Shown piece by piece: positions 26,487-36,980 of a stretch of 61,870 nucleotides of DNA (its first letter is position 1; every line of letters starts with the position of its first letter). Both the position numbers and the translations under genes were made by a program. The notes beneath the pieces are model-generated. The model saw nothing but the letters and a program-made list of their open reading frames with translations. It ran no database searches and was not told the origin of the DNA. The stretch lies in sequence record SRR22947727_1620. One strand, 5' to 3'.

Positions 26487-27398
26487 TTGTTGGAACAAGC
26501 ACAGATTAACTTTAATAATGACAGTATTTGGGTTTTAAATATAGCCCTAGCTTTTGTGATGTTTGGAATTGCTTTATCTATTGATTGGCGCGATTTTAAA
26601 CCAGTTGTTTTAAAGCCAAAGGCACTCATTGTGGGTGTTGCCAGTCAATTTTTAATTTTTCCCCTAATCAGTTTTTTACTTGTTCTGTTTTTAAAACCGG
26701 CACCTAGTATTGCTTTAGGAATGATTTTAGTAGCTGCATGTCCTGGAGGAAATATCTCTAATTTTATCACTCATTTTTCAAGAGGGAATGACGCCTTGTC
26801 AGTTAGTTTAACAGCCATTGCGACACTTTTAGCCGTAGTAATGACCCCATTAAATCTTGCTTTTTGGGGTAATTTGTATGAACCCACTTCAGTTATTTTG
26901 AAATCTGTGTCGGTTGAGCCCATTGAAATGGTAAAATTAGTGGGTTTGATTTTGGGAGTTCCGTTGGTTTTAGGGATGTTTATTCATGAAAAATTCCCTC
27001 TTTTTTCCCAAAGGACGTCTATTGTCATGAAAAAACTTTCCCTGCTTTTTTTTATAGCCCTTATCTTTCTGGCTCTGGGAAATAACTTGGAGGCTTTTGA
27101 GCGCTATGTAATGGAGGTTTTTTGGTTGGTGTTACTTCACAATTTTGTTGCTTTTTTTACAGGTTTTAGCTTGGCTAAATGGTGGGGACTATCTTGGAAA
27201 GACACCAAGACAATTACCATTGAAACAGGCATTCAAAATTCAGGACTTGGCCTACTCTTGATATTTACTTTTTTTGATGGTTTAGGGGGCATGGCTATAT
27301 TAACTGCTTTCTGGGGAATTTGGCATTTGATTTCTGGCTTGTTGTTGGGGACTTTTCTTAGAAATTATCCCACTTTAAATGAGGAAGCTTATGAATAG
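26487..27398 (+). CDS. Bile acid:sodium symporter family transporter
   Basis: MFGIAL, ACPGGNISN, IETGIQNSGLG. Confidence 0.9.
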   Translation: MLEQAQINFNNDSIWVLNIALAFVMFGIALSIDWRDFKPVVLKPKALIVGVASQFLIFPLISFLLVLFLKPAPSIALGMILVAACPGGNISNFITHFSRGNDALSVSLTAIATLLAVVMTPLNLAFWGNLYEPTSVILKSVSVEPIEMVKLVGLILGVPLVLGMFIHEKFPLFSQRTSIVMKKLSLLFFIALIFLALGNNLEAFERYVMEVFWLVLLHNFVAFFTGFSLAKWWGLSWKDTKTITIETGIQNSGLGLLLIFTFFDGLGGMAILTAFWGIWHLISGLLLGTFLRNYPTLNEEAYE

Positions 27399-28506
27399 TG
27401 TTCAAAATCAGGTGACCAATTCAGTCAAAGCTTTGGTTCGATTTGCATTATGGTGTTATTTTAAACGCATTACATTGATTGGTTTTTCCAAAGAAAACCA
27501 TGCCAAGCCTGTGATTTATTTGGGCAACCATCAAAATGCTTTGATAGATGCTTTACTGATCGCTACAACAACAAGGAGGAAGACTACTTTTCTCACAAGA
27601 TCAGATGTGTTTAAAAATCCTTTGATTGGACATCTATTAAGGTATATAGGTATGTTACCCATATATAGATTTAGAGATGGTGTAGACACCCTTTCTAAGA
27701 ATACCCCCATTTTTAATCGTTGTGGGGAAATACTCCATGACCATGAAGCCATATTAATTTTTCCTGAGGGAAATCATGACTTAAAAAGGAGGGTGAGACC
27801 CTTAAAAAAAGGTTTTATTAGCCTTTTAACACACCGCTGGTCTAGGGACAAGCAGCCTGTTTATTTATCTCCTATTGGTGTGAATTATAAAAATGCAGTT
27901 CGTTTTCCAGATTGTGCGACGCTCGTTTATGGCAAAGCCTTTCAAGTAAATCCCTTTGAACCTTCCCCAGATAGCATACAATCCCTTTTGAATCAGCTGC
28001 ACCAACAATTGTCCGTTTTGACCACCCACATTCCTGAATCCTTGGAGGTTTATTACGATCAAATTGAAGCTGGTATAGAGAAAGACGGCCAATTATTTTT
28101 AAATCCTATTAAAGCCAATGATTTAATAGCCCAATTCGAAAGAGCACAGCATATAGATCCATCTGGAGTTGCAGCCAATGATATATGGCTTAAAGTTAAT
28201 TCTGAAAAAAGCATTTCTTTTTTTCAGAAAGCCTGTAGCGTAATTTTCAAGTTTATTTTTGAATGTTTAAATATTGTGCCAATTTCTATATGGCGTTTGT
28301 TTTTAAAGCCAGGTATAAAGCAGCCTGAATTTTTGAGTACGGCTAGATTTGGTTTTTCATTATTGTTCTTTCCCGCTTACTTTTTACTACTATTTATTTT
28401 GATTGCAGTATTTTCCAAAAATTTAGGGATGGCTTTAGCCATCCCTATGATTCATTTTATACTGAATATTATATTCGTAAAAAAATACGCTAACCCATTA
28501 CATTAA
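27391..28506 (+). CDS. Lysophospholipid/glycerol acyltransferase (PlsC-like)
   Basis: NHQNALID (HxxxxD), PIYR, IFPEG; C-terminal transmembrane helices. Confidence 0.88.
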   Translation: MNSVQNQVTNSVKALVRFALWCYFKRITLIGFSKENHAKPVIYLGNHQNALIDALLIATTTRRKTTFLTRSDVFKNPLIGHLLRYIGMLPIYRFRDGVDTLSKNTPIFNRCGEILHDHEAILIFPEGNHDLKRRVRPLKKGFISLLTHRWSRDKQPVYLSPIGVNYKNAVRFPDCATLVYGKAFQVNPFEPSPDSIQSLLNQLHQQLSVLTTHIPESLEVYYDQIEAGIEKDGQLFLNPIKANDLIAQFERAQHIDPSGVAANDIWLKVNSEKSISFFQKACSVIFKFIFECLNIVPISIWRLFLKPGIKQPEFLSTARFGFSLLFFPAYFLLLFILIAVFSKNLGMALAIPMIHFILNIIFVKKYANPLH

Positions 28507-31020
28507 AGGGCTGAAGAATATTGCATTGGCTAGGAACTTATTTGTTCCGTACCAAAAGGCTCTAAAATTAGTATTGTCCGTAAATAAGATCACATTTCCT
28601 CTACCGAGACCAGATACTTTAAAGGGTACCGTATTAGGAATTAAGGTGGCATTTACTTTAGAGTGGTATCCGCTTAAAAGCGGTGAAGAAGTGTATTGAA
28701 TAGGGTTGTTGAAACTTTGCTTGTCTGCTTCTATGTAAACATTTGTTTTTCTAAACATGGCTACATAAGCATTGTGATACCCGTAGTTGATTGGGTGACT
28801 CAGATCTAACTTGGCTTCGAAAATAGCGCCGCCAGTTTCTTGTGCGCCATAGAAATTCTCCCTGTCTTTATAAGATATTCCTTTAGCCTCCAAAGGAGTA
28901 CTCTTAAATGTTAGGTCCATAAATTCATTTTTAGAGATCCATTTGGCGGAATTTTTGTACGCAATTAGGGTGCCTCCATCTTTAACCCATTCTTTAATTT
29001 TATCTGAAGCAGAAGAATTTAATCCACTTCCGTATATGTTTGGAACAATCAGGGTGGTGTATCTAGATAGGTCTACCCTGTTAAAGTATTCAATATCTAT
29101 TTTGGTGAGTTTCATGTCGTATCTCTGGTCAAATAGGTGCCAGATTTCTCCTGCGTCATAAGAAGCAGTGCCATTACCAACAACAATGGCTACGGAGGCC
29201 TTTTGAAGTGCCTCAAAATTATTACTTCCCAGATCTATTCCATTGCTTAAACCAGTGCCTACCCCTTTTATTCTAATATGAGCGTCTGCAGCAATTTCTG
29301 ACAAGAATTTGTGTATTTCATTGGCAGATAAAGATTGATTGGCTACTGGAATCATGATAGTACCGTAATCGTATTTTATGCCCTCTAATTCAAATGCTCT
29401 TTTGGCTACTTTGGCCCTAAGTCCTTTGTTTAATATTTTGTTTAAGGCTTTTGGCGTGTAATATTCATGCCATTCGAAGAGGTATGCATACTGAGATGAG
29501 TCGCTAATAGTTCCCTCTGAAACCGGAATTTCGTTTACCTCAGACCCTGCTTCATTTAGGTTGTTTGTAGTAGTGTAAGCAACATTGAAAGCGAGTGGAA
29601 ATGTCCATGCAGAAATATCGTAAAACAAACTGTCTGAAAAAGTAGTTCTTTTTTCAAACATGGCTTGTATTAAAGTGTTGTTCTGTTGGTTTAATGGGAC
29701 TACATAACCATATCCCTTTTTGAATTTTTTTCCATTGATAACAGCATCTCTTTTGAGCTTATGAAATTTAATTTCTTGCCTGTGAAGAATTTCAGCTAAG
29801 TGGTTTGTTTTAGCAGCATCCTTAGTGTCACCAAATACAATGGCTTTTTGCTTTTCTTTAGCAGCCAATGTCCTTGTATTTGAAAAGAAGTCTCTCTGGT
29901 AGTTTAATATTTTTTCCCTCATTCCCTGAGCTGCAGCTACAGTAGACAAGGCAGTCGTGAATTGATTTCTAATGGTGAACGGAAAGGTGATTATGCCATT
30001 TTCACTTTCTTGTATATGCCCTCTAGAACTACCTTGTTCAAAAAGGATTCCAATACTGCCATTAATATCTGGGAAAGTAGAGCCCTTTCCGTAATAATAG
30101 TCGTCGTAGTTTTCTTCAGAATAATACAAAGAACCAATTTTATCTAGTGCTTTGGCGTGGTAAGCGCCTATTTCTGCGGTAAGTTCTTGGTTAATCGCAG
30201 GGGTTAATGGGTGTACTCTTGTGGGTTCTCCTGGTTGGAAGAAAAAAGTGGAATTGGTTCCCATCTCGTGGTGATCGGTAAGTATGTTTGGTTTCCATGC
30301 GTGAAAACTTTTTATTCTTGCCCTACTTTCTGGTAATTGAACTGGAAGCCAATCTCTATTCATGTCAAACCAATAATGATTGGTCCTTCCTCCTGGCCAT
30401 ACCTCATGATACTCCCTTTCATTTGGATCTGGATTGAGTAAATGACTTCTATTGGTGTTGGCCCAATAGGCAAATCTTTGCAGTCCGTCAGGATTAAATG
30501 AAGGGTCCATTAAAATGACCGTGTTGTTTAATATTGCGTCTATTTCTGGCCCCTGAGCTGCAGCCAAATAATAGGCGTATGCAAGCCCTGCGTTTGCACC
30601 ACTGGGTTCATTTCCATGAATTGAAAAGCCCTGATACACTACTATGGGCATATTTTCAGTAGCTAAATTTTGTCCTTCTGAAGTGGTTAAAGCCAAGTGT
30701 TGCGCTCTAATTGACTCAATATTAGTATGATTTTTGGGACTGGTTACTGTGAGAAGTAATAATGGCCTACCTTCAAATGTAGTGCCCCTATTCTCCATAT
30801 TTATTCGATCAGAAGAAGCTGCCAAGGCCGTCATGTACTGCACTAATTTGTCGTGTGTAACATGCCATTCTCCCACTTCATGTCCTATTACCTCTTTTGG
30901 TGTGGGTATTTCTGGGTTGTAGGATATGTTGTCTGGAAGGTAATAGCCTAAGTCAACGGCTTGTTGCGCAAAAATGCTAAACGGTAAAAAGAGCATAAGG
31001 CCCAATAGAAATTTCTTCAT
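28498..31020 (-). CDS. Secreted M14 zinc carboxypeptidase
   Basis: Signal peptide; SIHGNE, NPDG, DMNRDW, DHHEM; 840 aa. Confidence 0.88.
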   Translation of the reverse strand: MKKFLLGLMLFLPFSIFAQQAVDLGYYLPDNISYNPEIPTPKEVIGHEVGEWHVTHDKLVQYMTALAASSDRINMENRGTTFEGRPLLLLTVTSPKNHTNIESIRAQHLALTTSEGQNLATENMPIVVYQGFSIHGNEPSGANAGLAYAYYLAAAQGPEIDAILNNTVILMDPSFNPDGLQRFAYWANTNRSHLLNPDPNEREYHEVWPGGRTNHYWFDMNRDWLPVQLPESRARIKSFHAWKPNILTDHHEMGTNSTFFFQPGEPTRVHPLTPAINQELTAEIGAYHAKALDKIGSLYYSEENYDDYYYGKGSTFPDINGSIGILFEQGSSRGHIQESENGIITFPFTIRNQFTTALSTVAAAQGMREKILNYQRDFFSNTRTLAAKEKQKAIVFGDTKDAAKTNHLAEILHRQEIKFHKLKRDAVINGKKFKKGYGYVVPLNQQNNTLIQAMFEKRTTFSDSLFYDISAWTFPLAFNVAYTTTNNLNEAGSEVNEIPVSEGTISDSSQYAYLFEWHEYYTPKALNKILNKGLRAKVAKRAFELEGIKYDYGTIMIPVANQSLSANEIHKFLSEIAADAHIRIKGVGTGLSNGIDLGSNNFEALQKASVAIVVGNGTASYDAGEIWHLFDQRYDMKLTKIDIEYFNRVDLSRYTTLIVPNIYGSGLNSSASDKIKEWVKDGGTLIAYKNSAKWISKNEFMDLTFKSTPLEAKGISYKDRENFYGAQETGGAIFEAKLDLSHPINYGYHNAYVAMFRKTNVYIEADKQSFNNPIQYTSSPLLSGYHSKVNATLIPNTVPFKVSGLGRGNVILFTDNTNFRAFWYGTNKFLANAIFFSPLM

Positions 31021-31060
31021 GGAATTGGTTTTGAAGGGTTACTTAAGGTATAAAAATAAG

Positions 31061-31086
31061 AAAAGGGCCTCTATTGAGGCCCTTTT
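31061..31086 (-). terminator. Intrinsic terminator after the PUR-family gene
   Basis: AAAAGGGCCTC-TATT-GAGGCCCTTTT. Confidence 0.8.
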
Positions 31087-31110
31087 ACATACTTAAATTT
31101 TCGTTGAAAA

Positions 31111-31509
31111 TTAAATATCATCAAAATCTACTTCTGTAAAAGAAGAAGTAGGGGTGTCTTCAATAGACTTTTCTTCAGTATCTTCTGAAGCAATGTCTTC
31201 AAATGATTCTTTTTTGAAATCTGATTGGTGTCTTTCAGAGATAACCTCCGAACCTTTGTTGTCTATGATGAAATCCATCATTTCGTCCATGATTTCTTTA
31301 AATGCAGTGAAGTCTTCTTTGTACAAATAAATCTTGTGCTTCTTGTAATGGAAAGATCCGTCGTCGTGCGTAAATTTCTTACTCTCTGTAATAGTTAAAT
31401 AGTAATCTCCGGCTTTAGTGCCTCTTACATCAAAAAAATAAGTTCTCCTTCCAGCTCTTAAAACCTTTGAGTGTATCTCTTCTTGTTCCATGGATTCTTT
31501 TGCGTACAT
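31111..31509 (-). CDS. PUR-family (DUF3276) ssDNA/RNA-binding protein
   Basis: SKVLRAGRRTYFFDV, YLTITESKK, KHKIYLYKEDF; acidic tail ending DFDDI. Confidence 0.88.
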   Translation of the reverse strand: MYAKESMEQEEIHSKVLRAGRRTYFFDVRGTKAGDYYLTITESKKFTHDDGSFHYKKHKIYLYKEDFTAFKEIMDEMMDFIIDNKGSEVISERHQSDFKKESFEDIASEDTEEKSIEDTPTSSFTEVDFDDI

Positions 31510-31561
31510 CTGTTCTGTTTTTGCAAGTGCATTGTTCCCATCAAAATTGGAAAAAAAATGT

Positions 31562-33337
31562 TTATGTTACAACATTTTTCGGGTTTTCTTTATGGGTAGA
31601 TTGTCCTTCGTAAAGTGCTTTATAATAGCCGTTTATGTCAATTAATTCTGAATGCGTACCCTCTTGAATTTTTTTACCATCCTCTAAAACGATTATTTTG
31701 TCTGCATTTTTAGCTGCGGAAACCCGGTGACTAACAATGATCGTTGTTTTGTGGGTAGACGCTTTTTTAAGCGCATTTAATATGGCTTCCTCAGTTTCTG
31801 TATCTACAGCAGAAAGACAGTCGTCAAAAAGATATATTTCTGGGTTTTTTATGAGTGCTCTAGCAATAGAAACCCTTTGCTTCTGACCACCACTTAAGGT
31901 AATGCCTCTTTCTCCTAGAATGGTTTCGTAGCCTTTAGAGAATGCTATAATATTGTTGTGTACTACGGCTTGTTTGGCTGCAGTTTCAATATCTGATTGG
32001 GAGGCTTGCTCTTTGCCAAAAGCAATATTCTTAGCGATGGTATCTGAAAAAAGAAAAGCGTCTTGAGGGACTGCGCCTATTGCATTTCTGAGTGAAGAAA
32101 GGGGGGCTTTTTTAATGGATACACCGTCTATGGTGAGTGTTCCACTATCTATGTCATACATCCTACTGATTAATTCTAGGACAGTAGATTTACCTGAACC
32201 AGTTTTTCCTAAGATGGCTAGGGTTTGGCCTTGTTTCACTTCAAAAGACAAATCTTGGATGGCTTTAATCCCAGTGTCTGGATAGGTAAAGCAAACACGA
32301 TCAAATACTATATTACCCTTTATATCTAGGGGTCCTTCTGACTCATCTACTATGGCTGGTTCAGTTTTTAGAAATTCATTGATTCTAGTCTGTGAGGCCT
32401 CTGCTTGTTGTATAATAGAGGTAAGCCAGCCAACAATAGCTACGGGCCAAGTAAGCATATTGACATAGATAATAAATTCAAGGATCAATCCAATAGAGCT
32501 TATTTCACCACTGATGTACTGTTTACCACCTATATATATGACAAATAAATTACTCACCCCAATCATTAAGATCATTAGGGGAAAGAACCAAGCATTAACT
32601 CTAGCAAGGTCCAAGCTTTTTTGTCTTCCTGTATTGGCTAAAACAACCAATTCATTGTTTGTGCGCTCCTCTAAGCCGTAGGCTTTAATCACCGATATTC
32701 CTGAAAAACGTTCTTGAGTAAATGTAGATAAAGAAGAAAGGAAGGTTTGGACCGCCGTACTTTTTTTGTGAATGATTTTGCTGATTTTATAAATAAGCAC
32801 AGATAAAAAGGGCAGCGGCAGTAGGGTGTAAGCGGCTAAAGTAGGTGCTTTAATAAACATAAGTGGAATAACACAGCCAAATAGCGTCAAGGTTTGAATA
32901 CCATACATAATTGCAGGGCCTGCATACATTCGGACTTGGCCAACATCTTCACTGATTCTATTCATAAGATCTCCAGTACGGTTGTTCTTGTAAAAGGCTA
33001 AATGTAATTTTTGATAGTGGTCAAATATTTCATTTTTGAGATCTCGTTCTATATATCTAGAGATGTTTATTATTGTTTGACGCATTAAAAACGTAAAAAA
33101 ACCTGAGAGTAGTGCGGCACCAATAATGATGAGAATATATTCGAGTAAAATCCCTTTGACTAGACTCACATCTGCATTGGTCTCTGATAGATATTGCTCC
33201 ACTGCTTGAACAGATTTATTTATGAAAGGAGGCATTACAAGAGAAAAAACCCTTGCTACAATAGTGATTAAAACACCTAAAAGGAGTTTTAATCTATATT
33301 TTCTAAAGTATTTATTGAGGTGACGCAGTTCCTTCAT
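31562..33337 (-). CDS. ABC exporter, fused TMD-NBD (MdlA/MsbA-like)
   Basis: GKTGSGKS, LSGGQKQR, LFDD, SHR; N-terminal transmembrane domain. Confidence 0.93.
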   Translation of the reverse strand: MKELRHLNKYFRKYRLKLLLGVLITIVARVFSLVMPPFINKSVQAVEQYLSETNADVSLVKGILLEYILIIIGAALLSGFFTFLMRQTIINISRYIERDLKNEIFDHYQKLHLAFYKNNRTGDLMNRISEDVGQVRMYAGPAIMYGIQTLTLFGCVIPLMFIKAPTLAAYTLLPLPFLSVLIYKISKIIHKKSTAVQTFLSSLSTFTQERFSGISVIKAYGLEERTNNELVVLANTGRQKSLDLARVNAWFFPLMILMIGVSNLFVIYIGGKQYISGEISSIGLILEFIIYVNMLTWPVAIVGWLTSIIQQAEASQTRINEFLKTEPAIVDESEGPLDIKGNIVFDRVCFTYPDTGIKAIQDLSFEVKQGQTLAILGKTGSGKSTVLELISRMYDIDSGTLTIDGVSIKKAPLSSLRNAIGAVPQDAFLFSDTIAKNIAFGKEQASQSDIETAAKQAVVHNNIIAFSKGYETILGERGITLSGGQKQRVSIARALIKNPEIYLFDDCLSAVDTETEEAILNALKKASTHKTTIIVSHRVSAAKNADKIIVLEDGKKIQEGTHSELIDINGYYKALYEGQSTHKENPKNVVT

Positions 33338-33498
33338 GCCTGAGTATTATGACTTCAATTTAAGCCGAACAAATATAAGGTTTATGAAATTTATAAAGCA
33401 GAGAATTAAGCGAATAATATTATCCAATAAGGGTTTGCTTTCTATAAATAAGTAGTATTTTTGCCTCCGAGTTTTATCCATTAAAAAAGTTCTTTATC

Positions 33499-34446
33499 AT
33501 GCTCACAAGGAGGCACATTCGAGTAAAAGTAATGCAAGGTTTGTACGCTATGACACAAACCACAGAAGACACCTTAGATAAGGAAAAGAAATTCCTAAGC
33601 CTTAGTATGGAAAAGATGGGAAGCCTCTATTTACTTCATTTGAGTCTATTTATTGAGCTTCAAGCTAGGGCTGCAGATCATTTGATTTTATCTTCTAAAA
33701 AATACATTTCTTCCTCAGCAGATTTAGACCCTTCTAAAGCAAAGTTCTCAAATAACTTGGTGTTGGCTCAGATCAAAAACAATGAAGCGATCAATAGCGC
33801 TATTGCTGCTAGAAAACTCAATACTTGGTATTTACATGAAGAATATGTCAAAATTATCTTCAAGGAAATTGTGGAGAGCGCTGCTTACAGCGAGTACCTA
33901 AAAAATTCAGAAAATACTTATGAAGAAGATCTGGCCTTTGTGATTAAGATCTTTAAAGAAATTATAGCGCCCAATGACAAAGTGTATGATTTTTTAGAAG
34001 ACCATACCATCACTTGGGCAGACGACATGCCCATTGTGAATACTTTTTTGCTAAAGCAGTTAAAAAAATTAACGCCAAAAGTAATTGGATCAGATTTTAT
34101 TAAGGACCTAGCTATTTTAGAAGACGACGCTGAATTTGCTCAAAATCTATTGGTTAAAACAGCACTTAAAGAAAGTATTTTAGCCAAAGAGACAGCAGAC
34201 AAAACCCCTAAATGGGATAAGGATAGAATTGCAGACATAGATGGTATTTTATTAAAAATGTCTATTTGCGAATTACTTTTCTTTCCTTCTATTCCAGTAA
34301 GGGTTACCATCAATGAGTACCTAGAGATTGCCAAAGAATACTCTACACCCAAGAGTAGTATTTTTATTAATGGAATATTAGATTCCTTATCAAAAGAGTA
34401 CAAAGACCAAGGAAGGCTTGAGAAAGTTGGACGTGGTTTGTTGTAA
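33499..34446 (+). CDS. nusB: Transcription antitermination factor NusB (long Bacteroidota form)
   Basis: MLTRRHIRVKVMQ, WDKDRIA, VTINEYLEIAKEYS, FINGILD. Confidence 0.93.
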   Translation: MLTRRHIRVKVMQGLYAMTQTTEDTLDKEKKFLSLSMEKMGSLYLLHLSLFIELQARAADHLILSSKKYISSSADLDPSKAKFSNNLVLAQIKNNEAINSAIAARKLNTWYLHEEYVKIIFKEIVESAAYSEYLKNSENTYEEDLAFVIKIFKEIIAPNDKVYDFLEDHTITWADDMPIVNTFLLKQLKKLTPKVIGSDFIKDLAILEDDAEFAQNLLVKTALKESILAKETADKTPKWDKDRIADIDGILLKMSICELLFFPSIPVRVTINEYLEIAKEYSTPKSSIFINGILDSLSKEYKDQGRLEKVGRGLL

Positions 34447-34490
34447 ATAATTTTTATATTCGTATTTCATAATTTTAAAACATCCAGATC

Positions 34491-34961
34491 ATGAAAAAAA
34501 TTAGCTTAATCGCACTTGTATCTATTTCACTAATCACTTTCTCATGTAAAGAGAAAGCGACTGAGAAAATTGAAAATGCCAATGTAGAGGCTGCAGCAGT
34601 AAGAGAAGCTTCTGCCAATAAAATGGCGGTAATGTCTTTTGACAAAACCTTCCATGACTTTGGACAAATCACACAGGGAACCCCCCAACAAACGGTATTT
34701 ACTTTTACCAATACTGGAGACGCTCCATTAATTATTACAGACGCTACTTCTAGCTGTGGATGTACTATTCCAGATTACCCAAAAAACACCCCAATTGCAC
34801 CCGGACAGCAAGGGCAAATGGTAGTGAATTTTAATGGTTCAGGACAAAACCAAGTCACTAAAACAATTAATGTACAGGCCAACACAGCCAACGGTAGTGA
34901 GTTATTAAAAATTCAAGCCTTTGTTTTAGCGCCAAACGCTGCATCTGTTCCGTCTTATTAA
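34491..34961 (+). CDS. DUF1573 domain lipoprotein
   Basis: Lipobox TFSC; HDFG, FTNTGDAPLII, SCGCT, PIAPG. Confidence 0.88.
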   Translation: MKKISLIALVSISLITFSCKEKATEKIENANVEAAAVREASANKMAVMSFDKTFHDFGQITQGTPQQTVFTFTNTGDAPLIITDATSSCGCTIPDYPKNTPIAPGQQGQMVVNFNGSGQNQVTKTINVQANTANGSELLKIQAFVLAPNAASVPSY

Positions 34962-34986
34962 TCAATACTAATATTTTTACTATTCT

Positions 34987-35271
34987 ATGGAAGCATTAAA
35001 TCAATTTTTACCTTTAGCCTTAATTGTCGTAGTGGGTTATTTTTTTATGATCCGACCACAAATGAAGCGTCAAAAGGATGAAAAGAAATTTTCAGCTGCT
35101 TTAGCTAAAGGAGACAGAGTAATTACCAAAAGTGGTATGCACGGAAAAGTGGTAGAGTTAAATGAAAAAGATGCCAGCTGTGTGATTGAAACTATGGCAG
35201 GTAAGATTAAATTTGATCTTTCTGCTATTTCAATGGAGCTCTCAAAAAGACTTCAAGAACCAGCAAAATAA
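34987..35271 (+). CDS. yajC: Preprotein translocase subunit YajC
   Basis: YFFMIRPQMKRQK, KGDRVITKSGMHG. Confidence 0.94.
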   Translation: MEALNQFLPLALIVVVGYFFMIRPQMKRQKDEKKFSAALAKGDRVITKSGMHGKVVELNEKDASCVIETMAGKIKFDLSAISMELSKRLQEPAK

Positions 35272-35274
35272 AAT

Positions 35275-36312
35275 ATGTACAAGATTTTCATTAGACCGCT
35301 TCTGTTTCTTTTCGATCCAGAAGCGGTCCATTATTTTAGTTTCTCTGTAATTAAATACTTATCTAAATTAGGTTTTGGTTCAATCACTAGACGTATATAC
35401 ACGCTAGAAGATCCAGCCCTAGAAAGAGAAGTTTTTGGTTTGAAATTTAAAAATCCGGTGGGTTTAGCAGCTGGTTTTGACAAAAATGCCTTACTCTACA
35501 ATGAGCTCTCAGACTTTGGGTTTGGGTTTATTGAAATAGGGACACTGACACCAAAGCCACAAGATGGAAATCCTAAAAAAAGACTCTTTAGACTAAAAAA
35601 AGACCAGGCCATTATTAATAGAATGGGTTTTAATAACGCTGGTGTAGCCATTGCTGTAAAAGCGCTAAAGAAGCAGCAGAAGGTTTTAATAGGGGGTAAT
35701 ATTGGTAAAAATAAAGTCACCCCAAACGATCAAGCCATTGAAGATTACATTATTTGCACACAGGCCCTTTGGCCTCATGTAGATTATTTTGTGGTAAACG
35801 TAAGTTCCCCAAACACACCTGGACTTAGAGAATTACAAGAAAAAGAACCTTTAACAGCCCTTTTAAAAGCACTTAAAGTAGAGAACGCACTTCTCGCCAA
35901 TAAGTACGCTCAAAAACCAAAACCATTTTTGTTAAAGATTGCTCCAGACCTTACAGAGGACCAATTGTTAGATATTATAGCTATCATTCATGAGACTCAA
36001 ATAGATGGGGTAATAGCCACCAACACCACAATTGGAAGGGAAGGTTTGGTTTCTGAGAAATCACTACTAAAGGAAGCGGGAGGATTAAGCGGTGCTCCTC
36101 TTAGAAAGCGCAGTACTGAAGTAATCCGTTTCCTTTCTCAAAAGAGTGGCAATGCATTTCCAATTATTGGGGTAGGAGGTATCCATTCTCCAGAAGACGC
36201 ATTAGAAAAACTAGAAGCAGGCGCAACACTAGTTCAGCTTTGGACTGGTTTTGTGTATGAAGGACCTGCCCTTGTGAAGCAAATAAATAAAGCTATATTA
36301 GCCAAGCGCTAA
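35275..36312 (+). CDS. pyrD: Quinone-dependent dihydroorotate dehydrogenase
   Basis: [41 protein letters not shown]. Confidence 0.96.
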   Translation: MYKIFIRPLLFLFDPEAVHYFSFSVIKYLSKLGFGSITRRIYTLEDPALEREVFGLKFKNPVGLAAGFDKNALLYNELSDFGFGFIEIGTLTPKPQDGNPKKRLFRLKKDQAIINRMGFNNAGVAIAVKALKKQQKVLIGGNIGKNKVTPNDQAIEDYIICTQALWPHVDYFVVNVSSPNTPGLRELQEKEPLTALLKALKVENALLANKYAQKPKPFLLKIAPDLTEDQLLDIIAIIHETQIDGVIATNTTIGREGLVSEKSLLKEAGGLSGAPLRKRSTEVIRFLSQKSGNAFPIIGVGGIHSPEDALEKLEAGATLVQLWTGFVYEGPALVKQINKAILAKR

Positions 36313-36321
36313 GCATTTATT

Positions 36322-36948
36322 TTGATCGAATTTCAAGTACTTATTTCTTTTTCAGTTGCGGTATTTTTCTTGGCAATATCACCAGGACCAGATAATATTT
36401 TTGTCGCATTTCAGAGCCTAAGATTTGGTTTTAAGAGCGGCTTATTTGTTATTATGGGTCTGATGAGCGGTTGCCTTGTTCACACTATTTTAGGGGCATT
36501 TGGTGCTGCTGTTTTTTTAGCCCGTTTTCCTTTCTTGCTCATTGTGATTAAAATATTAGGGGCAGTATATTTACTGTACTTAGCATATAGTCTTTACAAG
36601 CAAGGCGCGCCAAAAACACTTTCAGCCATAGAAGTGGTTTATAGAAAATCTACTGATTTATACAAGCAAGGTTTTGTGATGAGTGTATTAAATCCAAAGG
36701 TGGGTTTATTTTTCATTGCTTTTTTTCCAGGTTTTCTATTTATACCATCGGCTCCTTTTTGGATTCAATTTTTGGCATTAGGTGGGGTGTTTATAATGAT
36801 CTCAACTTTTGTGTTTTCATCTATAGCACTGGGTTCATCTATTTTATTAAATACCGCTACTAAATCACAAGCTACTTTTTTTAAAGTGCTTCATTGGTTA
36901 CAAATAATCTTATTCTTAGGGATCGCAATTTTTCTTTTTCTACCTTAA
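36322..36948 (+). CDS. LysE family translocator
   Basis: ISPGPDN, GAVYLLYLA, VLNPKV. Confidence 0.9.
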   Translation: MIEFQVLISFSVAVFFLAISPGPDNIFVAFQSLRFGFKSGLFVIMGLMSGCLVHTILGAFGAAVFLARFPFLLIVIKILGAVYLLYLAYSLYKQGAPKTLSAIEVVYRKSTDLYKQGFVMSVLNPKVGLFFIAFFPGFLFIPSAPFWIQFLALGGVFIMISTFVFSSIALGSSILLNTATKSQATFFKVLHWLQIILFLGIAIFLFLP

Positions 36949-36980
36949 TTTAATTGTAACTTTAGCCTATAAATAGTCGC

